From the NCBI GenBank assembly GCA_000092065.1, contig CP000594.1: DNA of 64,000 nucleotides; one strand, written 5' to 3'. Under the pieces are notes generated by a model. It saw nothing but the letters and a program-made list of their open reading frames with translations. It did no database searches and was not told where the DNA came from. Every line of letters begins with the position of its first letter. The stretch's first letter is position 1. Of this stretch, positions 1 to 9,300 are shown one piece after another. The DNA comes from Ostreococcus lucimarinus (taxonomy: Eukaryota). Both the position numbers and the translations under genes were made by a program.

Positions 1-26
1 TTCCCTCCGCCACGAGCGCCGCGACG

Positions 27-1499
27 ATGGTAGCCGACGATCGACAGCGAAATCGCGCGCTCGGACGGCGTCGTGCGACGGCAATACGCTTAGCCTTTAG
101 TGCGCTCATGTTCACGTGCGCGGCGAACTCGCTGGTGTGGCTTCAGGGATTGACGTCGAGCGCGGGTGCTACCGAACGCGAAGTGTCATCACGCGCGCGA
201 CGTCGAGATGCGGAGACGTGTAAAGTCGATGCGCCGACGAGGCTGGCTGAACGTACGGCGCGTGATAGACTTTTCGGGTACAGACGACGAGACGTAGGCG
301 CGCTCGCGGCGTTGCGAGGCGATGGTGTGACGCTCTCAACGTCGACGACGCGCTGGCGCGATCTCCAATATGGAGACGCACTGGATCGGTACGGGTTCTT
401 TGTTACGTCTGAACCGGTTTTAAGCGAGAAAGAGGCGGACAAGACGCGGGCGCACCTGCTCAGTCTGTTGCGAAGTACGGATGTGTACGAGCAAAACGAT
501 GGGTGTCTCGGCGAACTTGCGGACTGTCAGGAGAGATTTGATTTGTCTCTTCGACTCACAACGACTGTGACACGCGCGGTGAATAAGATTGTGTCCACAC
601 TTAAGCCCGCACTGGTGGATATATTCGGCGATGAAGACTGTGAACTCGTAGAACTGAGTGCGTTGATCACATGTAAAGGCTCACCCACGCAAGGCATCCA
701 CAGTGATGCGGAAGGGGTGAAAGGAGACGATCGACTTGTCAGCGTGTTCGTATCATTACAAGACACCCCCACGAATCTTGGTCCAACGCACGTTTTCTTT
801 AACTCACCGAATGCTGTAACAGAGTTTGACTACTATTCCGCACTCATGCTGATGAGGATTGTGGCGGCCGAGCTCAAGAACTCGACGGTTGCGTTAAGAG
901 ATCATGGTCTTGGTGATATTTATATCAAGCAAGGCGTCGCAGCCATCCCAGAAAACGAGGTTGCGACAGAAGAAGAACTAAAATTCTTCAATGCGCACTG
1001 TAGAGTCGATGAGAGGGATAATACACTGGCATTCTATCCCCCTTGGGAGTCCTCCCCAAACGCCCGTCTCGTGTTTGGCGTCGTCGCTGCTACGCGACAG
1101 GGAGCCGCTCTCGTGTATGACTCGCGGACTCAACACAGAGGTGGAGCTAACACAGTAGGAGCGCGAGTACAACTTATGTTTAGTTTTCAGACGAAGCGTG
1201 CTTTTGTGGCTGGGTCGACATTCACAATGCGACGTAGGTATCATCGCATTGAACGCATGCCACTGACCCTCATGGAGAGAGCGACTCTGACATCATTTGG
1301 GCATGAATACGAGAAAAGCAAGTCGAACCTTGCGTGGTACCTGCGAGTATTCGGAAAGATACGCCTTCGAGACTTCCCATTACGAGCTGACACCACTGAT
1401 CAGGAACGTGAATGGGTGAATGCTGACTTAGTGCAAAACTCTGAAAACAAGTCGGACTTTGATGTCGATAGGATGGGGTTACAAGGTGGAGTGTTGTGA
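27..1499 (+). CDS. Putative 2-oxoglutarate/Fe(II) oxygenase-like (PhyH-like) protein with an N-terminal hydrophobic signal or anchor
   Basis: 490-aa ORF. It has an HxD motif ('QGIHSDAEG') and a distal His/Arg cluster ('YDSRTQHRGGAN') at PhyH-like spacing, plus an N-terminal hydrophobic stretch 'LAFSALMFTCAANSLVWL'. No closer homolog recognised. Confidence 0.35.
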   Translation: MVADDRQRNRALGRRRATAIRLAFSALMFTCAANSLVWLQGLTSSAGATEREVSSRARRRDAETCKVDAPTRLAERTARDRLFGYRRRDVGALAALRGDGVTLSTSTTRWRDLQYGDALDRYGFFVTSEPVLSEKEADKTRAHLLSLLRSTDVYEQNDGCLGELADCQERFDLSLRLTTTVTRAVNKIVSTLKPALVDIFGDEDCELVELSALITCKGSPTQGIHSDAEGVKGDDRLVSVFVSLQDTPTNLGPTHVFFNSPNAVTEFDYYSALMLMRIVAAELKNSTVALRDHGLGDIYIKQGVAAIPENEVATEEELKFFNAHCRVDERDNTLAFYPPWESSPNARLVFGVVAATRQGAALVYDSRTQHRGGANTVGARVQLMFSFQTKRAFVAGSTFTMRRRYHRIERMPLTLMERATLTSFGHEYEKSKSNLAWYLRVFGKIRLRDFPLRADTTDQEREWVNADLVQNSENKSDFDVDRMGLQGGVL

Positions 1500-1666
1500 T
1501 GTAGATGTTGGTATAATTGCAGTTACCTCGACTACCGCTACATCATGCTCATGTTTGTTTTAAGTTCCTCTTCGAATCGAACGGTGCTCGGGTAATGCTC
1601 GGCGACCGGCGGCTCCTCAGAAATTTCTCCAGGTTCGTCAGAAGGCTCTTCAGATTGAACTGGATT

Positions 1667-3095
1667 CTTAACTATGATATTGTATGGTGTACCATCGGAC
1701 ATCGCGCGCAATATATTGGACATAACTTTTCATACTTAAAGGGGAGCCGCGTGATACACGAGGGACCATCTCACCACGAAGAAATGGGCACCTCTGGTAC
1801 CGAAAAACGTGGCACCCTCGTTCACGCGCGACCACTCTTGAGCCATGAACGGGAGCGACCCATCAAAGGAGACACGCGCACACCGATTCTCGACCACCCG
1901 TCTTCGCCGTGTGCTTTGCAGTACCCCGATCTCGTCGAAAAAGTAGCAAAATGTTGACCAGTGGGGCGTGCTGGCGTGCTTTTCCAGGCTGTTGAAAAAC
2001 TTGAAAATCAGTCATCGCGCCGATGTGACCAGGAAAAACACGGCTTAAAGAATTCTTTTCTTATGTGATATATATGGACGCCAGAGAATTTACGAACGGC
2101 ATGCATCTGATCCCACTCGACCAGGACAAGGAACCAACATGCGGCAGGGGGTTCCTCGATGAAGCAAACTATGAACAGAACACGCAGAAAGTCATCCCAG
2201 GAGAAATGTACGGCGTGCTGACAGGGCGACCGAACCGTGTCCTCGTCGTCGACTGGGATTGTTACGGTGGCAAGTGCGAGTTTGAACTCACGGAAGAAAT
2301 GTTGACGCGCAAGGTTGGCGGGGAAGGCGCGTACATCGTCAAAACGCGATCAGGCGGGTACCACACGTACTTCGCATGGGACGAAGAACGAGTCGGCGAT
2401 TGGAAAGGCACAGTAGGCATCGAAGGGTTCGTCGATATCCGTACGACGGGTAACTACGTGGTCGGTGCCCATGCCCCGGGCTACGAGCTACTCCGAGGAG
2501 ACATCAACAATTTACCACCAATGCCCAACGATTTGTACAGTTTCTTTGATGGCAAAGTCGGTCACAAGGTCGAACGCGCCGACACGGAGTGCAGCTTTAC
2601 GCAAGCATCTGTGACACCTTTGCTCGAGGACATGGGGTTCACCGGCATACATTGGCTCAGTGGAGCGACATCGTATGATTTTGAATGCGACCAATGTCGC
2701 CCACAGCGAGGCACCTCTGTGGGCCAATGTCCTTGCTGTGGGGGCTTCCACGAAGGCAATGGAAAGGGCGGCGGGAACCACTTTTACGTCGCCGAGGTCG
2801 GCCTCGGCGTGCTCACCGTGAAAAACCATGGCAACTGCAAGCCCAGGCAGTTTCGCTTTGAGGTTGGGTGTCTGGTGACCGGTATCACCGAAAAGGAGCA
2901 GAACGAAATCAAAGAGGGCACGTCTGCGGGCTACATCGAGGTCCGCCGTGAGTTCGAGAAGCACGTCGCAAAGATCTTGACCAAGGACCTCTTCTGCGAC
3001 GATAGCTGTTATGGAACCACCGGGGAGATCGCCAAATTCAGCGAGGCCGCTTTGGTGAGGCGCTATCGAGAACTCTCCTTTGTCGATGAGAACGG
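1667..3095 (+). mobile_element. Fragment A-left of the Prim-Pol/S3H + GIY-YIG element family. It carries the 5' terminus, the leader and the first ~343 codons of the primase-helicase, in + orientation.
   Basis: About 95% nucleotide identity to 18552..17364 and 47116..45682. Homology starts at the shared terminus 'CTTAACTATGA' and stops abruptly after 'gatgagaacgg' at 3095. Confidence 0.7.
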
Positions 3096-3345
3096 CGCGT
3101 CCGATGAGCGTCTTGCTCACGGTGCAACCGTCCTGTTGGACCTTGAACTGAATTTTGGCGAAAGAGAGAAAGTCCTCGGGATCATTTGTCTTTTCAAAGA
3201 GCGCATTCAGACGGTCGCAGAGGTCGTCGTTCTCCGCCCATTCGGCGATGCTCTTCCTCACTGCATCGGGCGCGACGGGCTTCGTCGCCTCGTACGCCTT
3301 GAGGAGCAGCGAACGCGAAACGAACCGGTGATATATATATATTAA
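2065..3345 (+). pseudogene. Truncated primase-helicase. The Prim-Pol domain is intact through 'ELSFVDENG', after which the frame runs into unrelated sequence.
   Basis: The first ~343 aa are near-identical to the 736-aa ORFs at 16183..18393 and 44501..46711. The remainder, 'ASDERLAHGATVLLD...', has no counterpart in the full copies. Confidence 0.75.
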
Positions 3346-3415
3346 GTAAAATTTGGCTATTGAGTCTTCATATGGGAAGCGTACCGATTACAAATTTCTA
3401 CTTCTGGCCCATCAC

Positions 3416-4132
3416 TTACTCAGCTGACTGGCACGAGGTGTACAGGTTCGCTGGGTCGTCCACCTTGACGAACTCGTACTTCGCGTGAGGGCTTATGGTA
3501 CCGGGGAAAGAGCACTCTTGCTTGCCACCCTTATCTTGACAGTACTTGTTCCGCTGCTGACTATAGATGGAGGTCTTGCCGTCTGCCAGCGTGGCGAGAG
3601 TAAACTTGGCGCCGACGAAAATTTCTTCGCCCTCAGCCTCCTTCGGCACGTCACACATAATTAGAGTCTTCCTCCATCCCGGGGGACCACGACTGAGGGT
3701 GTCATCAGCGTCCGTCGCGCAACGGAACTCGGCACCCGTCTCGTCCAAGCGAGTGAGGGTGTAAAAATTGCCCTCGTTCTTCAGGTACACGAGCTTTGGA
3801 GCGTTGTTCGCCGCCGAGGGATCCTCAGACGCAACGCATCGCTGCGAACAGGCGAAGCCCCACTGTCCATTTCCAGCGGTTCCGATGTTATAGTTGCAGA
3901 AGTTTTGATTCATCATGTTAGTCCCATACTTCGATGGGACCCAACCCCCTCGCATCAAGTACGCTCCGTCCTCGAGCGTCGCGCCTTGGCCGAGCGTCGG
4001 AAAGTGTGTTGAACCGACTCCCACGAGCGCGACGACACCGAGACAAGCGATCACGAGCGTTTTACCTCGGCGCACGTCGCTCGCCGCCTTGGCCGCGCGC
4101 ACTTCATCGCGCAGAGGCGTCGATTCGTCCAT
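3416..4132 (-). CDS. Hypothetical type-II (signal-anchor) membrane protein with a Cys-containing ectodomain
   Basis: ORF 3416..4270. The first ATG is at 4132..4130, giving 'MDESTPLRDEV...'. A single TM 'TLVIACLGVVALVGVGS' is followed by a ~190-aa Cys-containing domain. It lies between the two inverted element fragments of copy A. Confidence 0.35.
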   Translation of the reverse strand: MDESTPLRDEVRAAKAASDVRRGKTLVIACLGVVALVGVGSTHFPTLGQGATLEDGAYLMRGGWVPSKYGTNMMNQNFCNYNIGTAGNGQWGFACSQRCVASEDPSAANNAPKLVYLKNEGNFYTLTRLDETGAEFRCATDADDTLSRGPPGWRKTLIMCDVPKEAEGEEIFVGAKFTLATLADGKTSIYSQQRNKYCQDKGGKQECSFPGTISPHAKYEFVKVDDPANLYTSCQSAE

Positions 4133-4357
4133 CGAATTAGTGTTGAGCGAACCCCTTCCGGCTGCTGTTTCGATCCCGTCGACCACGATTAACGACGCGC
4201 GTGTTTCACTCGTGCGTCCGACGCGCTTTTTCCCGACGCGGTTCCCGACTGCACTGACGTGCGTCGTCAAGTGCCTCGTCGTCGAGGGTGCTCGAGTTTT
4301 ACTTTTACTGTTGACGCGCCACGTCGGATTCCGACAGGCCCAGGCGCGGCCGCAATG

Positions 4358-4489
4358 CTACTTTAAACTTAGTATATTTTTTTTGAAAAAAGAGTAGTAA
4401 GAGTAATAAAAACAAACTTTTTGCTACTTTAAACTTAGTATATTTTTTTTGAAAAAAGAGTAGTAAGAGTAATAAAAACAAACTTTTTT
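4358..4489. repeat. 2 x 66-bp tandem duplication in the element 3' terminus ('ctactttaaacttagtatattttttttgaaaaaagagtagtaagagtaataaaaacaaactttt')
   Basis: Direct reading shows two adjacent copies. Copy C (43413..43480) has a single unit. Confidence 0.8.
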
Positions 4490-4583
4490 TTGAGTTGCGG
4501 CACCCCAACATGATAAAACCGCACATCGACGTCGATGTACCACATGTAAGATTTCTCCAGAACCAATCGTGTGAGTGAAGTGG

Positions 4584-5081
4584 TCAAACCAAGCCACGCA
4601 ACTCGTCTACCGTAAATTGATACTTGTCGAGACTGCGCTTCGAAGGCAGCGTGCCGCGCGCTCGAGCATTCTTGAGGCACGTCTTACGCAGTATTCTTTT
4701 CGCGTGCTGCTTGTAATAATTGAGTTGTCTGTAGTTACCATCGCCGCCGTCCCGCTTCGGCGTATATTTAGCTCTGCCAAGGGTTCGACTCTCGTCCACG
4801 TTCTCGTGGCACGTGTGTTTCTGGCTGAGTCCAGCAGCTCGGGAGTTGAATAAGCCGTCACGCTTCTCTCTCATGTAGGCACTTTTACGTTGATGGAGCT
4901 CTCCAGCTGGAATGTCCTTTTCGAGAACTCTCACGTTCGCGTCGCCAAACTTGAAGATTGGATGCCGTGCGTATTTATGCGAGGCAAGGCGCGCTCTGAG
5001 CGAACCTGTCGTCGATCCGATGTACGTTTTGTTACATTTTGCATTATCGCTAAACATTTCGTACACGCATCCCGACGGCAT
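4584..5081 (-). CDS. GIY-YIG family nuclease (homing-endonuclease-like), 165 aa
   Basis: Canonical motifs are present: 'CVYEM' (GIY), 'YIGST' (YIG), 'RARLASH' (Arg/His), the catalytic Glu in 'EKDIPAGE' and Asn in 'LFNSR'. It is near-identical to 15262..15759. Confidence 0.8.
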   Translation of the reverse strand: MPSGCVYEMFSDNAKCNKTYIGSTTGSLRARLASHKYARHPIFKFGDANVRVLEKDIPAGELHQRKSAYMREKRDGLFNSRAAGLSQKHTCHENVDESRTLGRAKYTPKRDGGDGNYRQLNYYKQHAKRILRKTCLKNARARGTLPSKRSLDKYQFTVDELRGLV

Positions 5082-5514
5082 TTGTCCTGGTCACCTATCT
5101 ATCCCTAAGAAAATATAGTTGCCAAAAGTGCTCCTCTTGCGGTTTGCAGTCACATTCGAGAGATCATAGGTGCTCGTGTTGCTGCGTGGGGTGCAAGGTC
5201 TGGGATGTAGATATCGAACCGCCTGATTTCACACCTGGACGTTCGTGATCCGACGAGACCTGACGAAATGACGAACTTGTTTTGTCGTCCCCAAATTCGT
5301 CAGCCCGTCGTTCGGTCACACTTTGTGTGTACCAATGATGAAAATGACGAAATGTTAAAATATTTCAATGTTTATTTTTATTTTAGATCTATGAAAAGCA
5401 ACAGTGTAGACCTTTATGAAAACAGTTCGTCATTCGTCATTTCGTCAGGATCCAAACCATGGTCTTTTTGGTGTCTTGTTGAGTCTTCATATTGCAAATG
5501 TACGAATCACAAAA

Positions 5515-5655
5515 TTAGTATGAACACCAGACGACCGCCGGCGCGAGCTCCGTCTCCCCCGTTTACCCATTGTCCTTCAGCCACTCGAAGCACCCGTCGC
5601 GGTCAATTTCCCAATAGACGCCATTCTCGTCCCTAGCTTGCCTCAGGTGGTCCTC
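5515..5655 (-). pseudogene. C-terminal remnant of the primase-helicase (last 46 codons plus stop)
   Basis: Matches 16183..16320 and 44501..44640. It is cut off at the junction with the upstream-module repeat. Confidence 0.7.
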
Positions 5656-5889
5656 TTAATACACCAAAAAGTAAATGCAATTATGGTGTTTCATTATTCC
5701 ATACGAGTACCCCAGAACGACGAGTCGTGACCCATACGGTAAAAATATCACGTCCCGCCGGTCCGGTCCCCATAGTATATAGAATTTATACAATTCAGCC
5801 CGCGTCATTACGGGGGTACAGTAATCTATGTGTCCGACATTAAACTCGATTTTTGCTAGGGTTTAGCGTCCCCGGTGTCCCGCGCGCGC
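5656..5889 (+). promoter_or_regulatory. Conserved upstream module (copy 1). It ends with 'AAACTCGATTTTTGCTAGGGTTTAGCG' about 30 bp before the first ATG.
   Basis: It shares 'catacgagtac..gacgagtcgtgac..tacggtaaaaatatcacgtcccgccggtccggtcccc..atagtatat' and the 27-bp terminal box with 19750..20125 and 36130..36585. It contains a 'gtacagtaatc' half-palindrome. Confidence 0.55.
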
Positions 5890-6366
5890 ATGCGTTGGCG
5901 CCGTCGACACTCGTCGACGCCCCGGCCCGCGGTCGTTCGCGTCCACACGGTTCAAGTAGTGCCCTTGGACGACGAACGTGCGCTTGTGCACCCTTGCGCG
6001 GATGAAGTGCGTTTCCATCGTGCGTCGCCGCCGTTCGGTCCTTTAAGGGCGACCGTAGCGCAACCGGGCGATCTCCGTGCGGACGGCGCGATGCCGGCGT
6101 ACGCATCGCAAGGAGTGCACACCGGGGGCACTGCGCCATTCGCGACGTACCGTGCAGCACAACACGCGTTTGCAACGCCAGACGGCATGCATTGGCGCGG
6201 TGGACGCAGCGTTTCATTGAAAATTGCGCGCAGCACTAGTGGGCAAAGCGGCTCGTTGGCACCCCAACGGGTCTTAAACACAATACTTGTTTTGTTCGGA
6301 TACTCGCCCAGGGATCTAGACACACGTGAGGGTAGTCGAAGGGCTAGCGTCCGGTGCCAAAAGAAC

Positions 6367-9300
6367 ATGCTCTTTGCTACGGCCACGTGGATGCTGCTAT
6401 TGCTCACGTCGTTTGTCGATGGGGCAATAGTAGACCGCGACGCTTTGAAAGTTGCAGTGGACAACTGTTTGGCGGCAAATGCCACTGGTAACTGCGATTG
6501 TAGCAGTGACTCTGTGGACTGCGGTACCGCTGGAAGTCTTCCCATCTCGCAGTGGGATACGAGCCGCGTGAACGATATGAATAGACTATTCAGCAACCAG
6601 GGTTCATTTAACGCGAATATCTCCGCGTGGGACGTGAGCGGCGTGACGGACATGACTCGAATGTTCGAGGGCGCTAATAGTTTCGCTCAGGACATCAGCT
6701 CGTGGAACGTGGTGAACGTCACGAGCATGGACACTATGTTCTATCGCGCGGATGCGTTCAACGCGCCCATCGGCAGTTGGAACACAGACGGCGTGACAAA
6801 CATGTTTCAGATGTTCCACTCAGCACATTTGTTCGATCAACCGATCGGAAGCTGGAACACGGAACGGGTGACGACCATGCAGTGTATGTTCATGTATGCG
6901 CGTGAATTCAATCAGGATATCAGCTCCTGGAACACGGCCAACGTGGTAAATATGTGGGATATGTTTTATAGTGCGGATGCGTTCAACCAGAACATTGGGT
7001 CATGGAACACAGAGGAGGTGACGGATATGAGGTACATGTTTTATAGTGCGGATGCGTTCAACCAGAACATTGGGTCATGGAACACAGAGAAGGTGACGGA
7101 TCTGAGCGGAATGTTTCAGGGCGCAGCGGCGTTCAACCAGGACATTGGCTCATGGAACACAGAGGAGGTGACAGACATGAGCGGAATGTTTCAGGGCGCA
7201 GCGGCGTTCAACCAGGACATTGGTTCATGGACGACGACGTCGGTGAAGAACATGGAGAGCATGTTCGAGGATGCGACGGCGTTCAACCAGAACATTAGCT
7301 CCTGGAACGTCAGTGCCGTCACAGACTTCGATCGGATGTTCTACACAGCGACCGCCTTCAACAAAGGCATAATCACCACGAAAACGACATGGACTGGCGC
7401 CACCGGCGCGTCCGCGACAGACATGTTCTCCGCCGCCACGGCGTGGCTGCAGAGGTATGAGTACACGACGAATCCCAGCGGAAGCGTCGTGAATGGTCCC
7501 GCGTCGGCTTGGAGTGTGAAGAAGTGTTCGTCCAATCAGTACGTTTTGAGCAACACATGCAAGGCGTGTGCCTCTGGCAAATTTCGCAGTGCTGGTGACG
7601 ACCCTGATGGCTCCAATACGGCGTGTACGTACGCGTCGCCGTTTGCTTCAAATACCCAGCTGAAAGACACGATCGAGTCTTCGTACTGCTTGGGAGGCAG
7701 CGACGCCACGGGCGCGAATTGCACGGACGGCAAGGGTATGTATATAGCGCAGTGGGATACGAGCTTGATCACGGATATGAATCACTTGTTCTACAACAAA
7801 ATTTCATTCGACGCCAATATCAGCACGTGGAACACGGCGAAAGTGACAAAAATGGATAGCATGTTTTCTCAAGCACGTGCATTTAACCAGAGGATTAATG
7901 AATGGAATACATCGAGCGTGGTGACAATGGAAGCTATGTTCCGCTACGCCGAGTCCTTTGACCAGCCCATTGGTGAGTGGAATACCGGAAGAGTCACCAA
8001 TATGAAAGACATGTTTTCGCAGGCGTCTGAATTCAATCAGAATATCGGTAATTGGGATACATCGAGTGTGACGACGATGGATACTATGTTTCGCTACACC
8101 GAGTCCTTTAACCAGCCCATTAGTGAGTGGAATACCGGAAGAGTCACCAATATGAAAGACATGTTTTCGCATGCGTACGCATTCAATCATTCAATCGGTG
8201 ACTGGAACACGGGTGCCGTGGAGAATATGGAGCTTATGTTCCAAAATACCGGCGTTTTCAACCAGGACATCAGCAGTTGGAACACGGCGGCGGTGACTCA
8301 GATGGACTCAATGTTTTACGGTGCTTCAGCCTTCAATTATGACATCACTGGTTGGAGTTCAGCAAGCCTTACGTCGTCGACGGACATGTTTCTCTCCGCG
8401 ACGGCTTGGCTGGCGAGGTACAAGAACACCGCCTCCCCAGGTAGCAAAAATGGGCCATCGTCGAACTGGCTCGGTCCCGGTCCGTTCACGACCAAGTCGG
8501 CGTTGGAGACCGCTACATGGAACTGCTTGGCGGGGAGCGCCGATGCCGATGGCAACTGCGACTGTACGACCGTCGATTGTGGCGCGGCGGTGTATGAATC
8601 GATTTCGAACTGGAACACGAGTTTGATCACGGACATGACCGGTTTGTTTGAAGGTAAGTCTTCATTCAACGCGAATATCGGCGGATGGAACACGGGGAGC
8701 GTCACAAACATGCACCAGATGTTTAACGGCGCGACTGCTTTCAACCAAGACATCGGTTCTTGGGATGTCTCGGATGTAGCGGACATGTATCAAATGTTCG
8801 GTAGCGCGTCCTCGTTCAATCAAAACATTGGGTCGTGGAACACAGGCAGTGTGACGGATATGAGCGGTATGTTCATGAATGCATCTGCGTTTAACCAGCC
8901 CGTTGGTGACTGGAACACAGGCAGCGTCGTGGATATGAGCGGCATGTTTGAGAGCGTGTCTGCGTTTAACCAGCCCATTGGTGAGTGGAATACCGGAAGA
9001 GTCACCAATATGAAAGAAATGTTTTCGCAGGCGTCTGAATTCAATCAGAATATCGGTAATTGGGATACATCGAGTGTGACGACGATGGATACTATGTTTC
9101 GCTACACCGAGTCCTTTAACCAGCCCATTAGTGAGTGGAATACCGGAAGAGTCACCAATATGAAAGACATGTTTTCGCATGCGTACGCATTCAATCATTC
9201 AATCGGTGACTGGAACACGGGTGCCGTGGAGAATATGGAGCTTATGTTCCAAAATACCGGCGTTTTCAACCAGGACATCAGCAGTTGGAACACGGCGGCG

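Larger units (their letters stand above)
4335..5655 (-). mobile_element. Fragment A-right of the same element family, in minus orientation. It carries the 3' terminus, GIY-YIG gene, inter-gene inverted-repeat region and the last 46 codons plus stop of the primase-helicase.
   Basis: Collinear with 15158..16320 and 43389..44640. It shares the 3' terminus 'caggcccaggcgcggccgcaatgctactttaaactta' with copy C. Homology ends at 'ggtcctc|TTAAT' at 5655. Confidence 0.7.

Noticed and set aside
1517-1957. 146-aa plus-strand ORF, and the 'MSNILRAMSDGTPYN' minus/plus ORFs at 1538..1723 and 47060..47263
   Set aside because: They lie in the element's 5' leader. The shared peptide stops exactly at the element boundary and then diverges into flank, so it is not a conserved gene.
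2512-3261. 249-aa minus-strand ORF, and the analogous 17494..17946 and 45812..46264 ORFs, inside the primase-helicase genes
   Set aside because: They are antisense to a strongly supported coding frame, conserved only because the sense frame is conserved.
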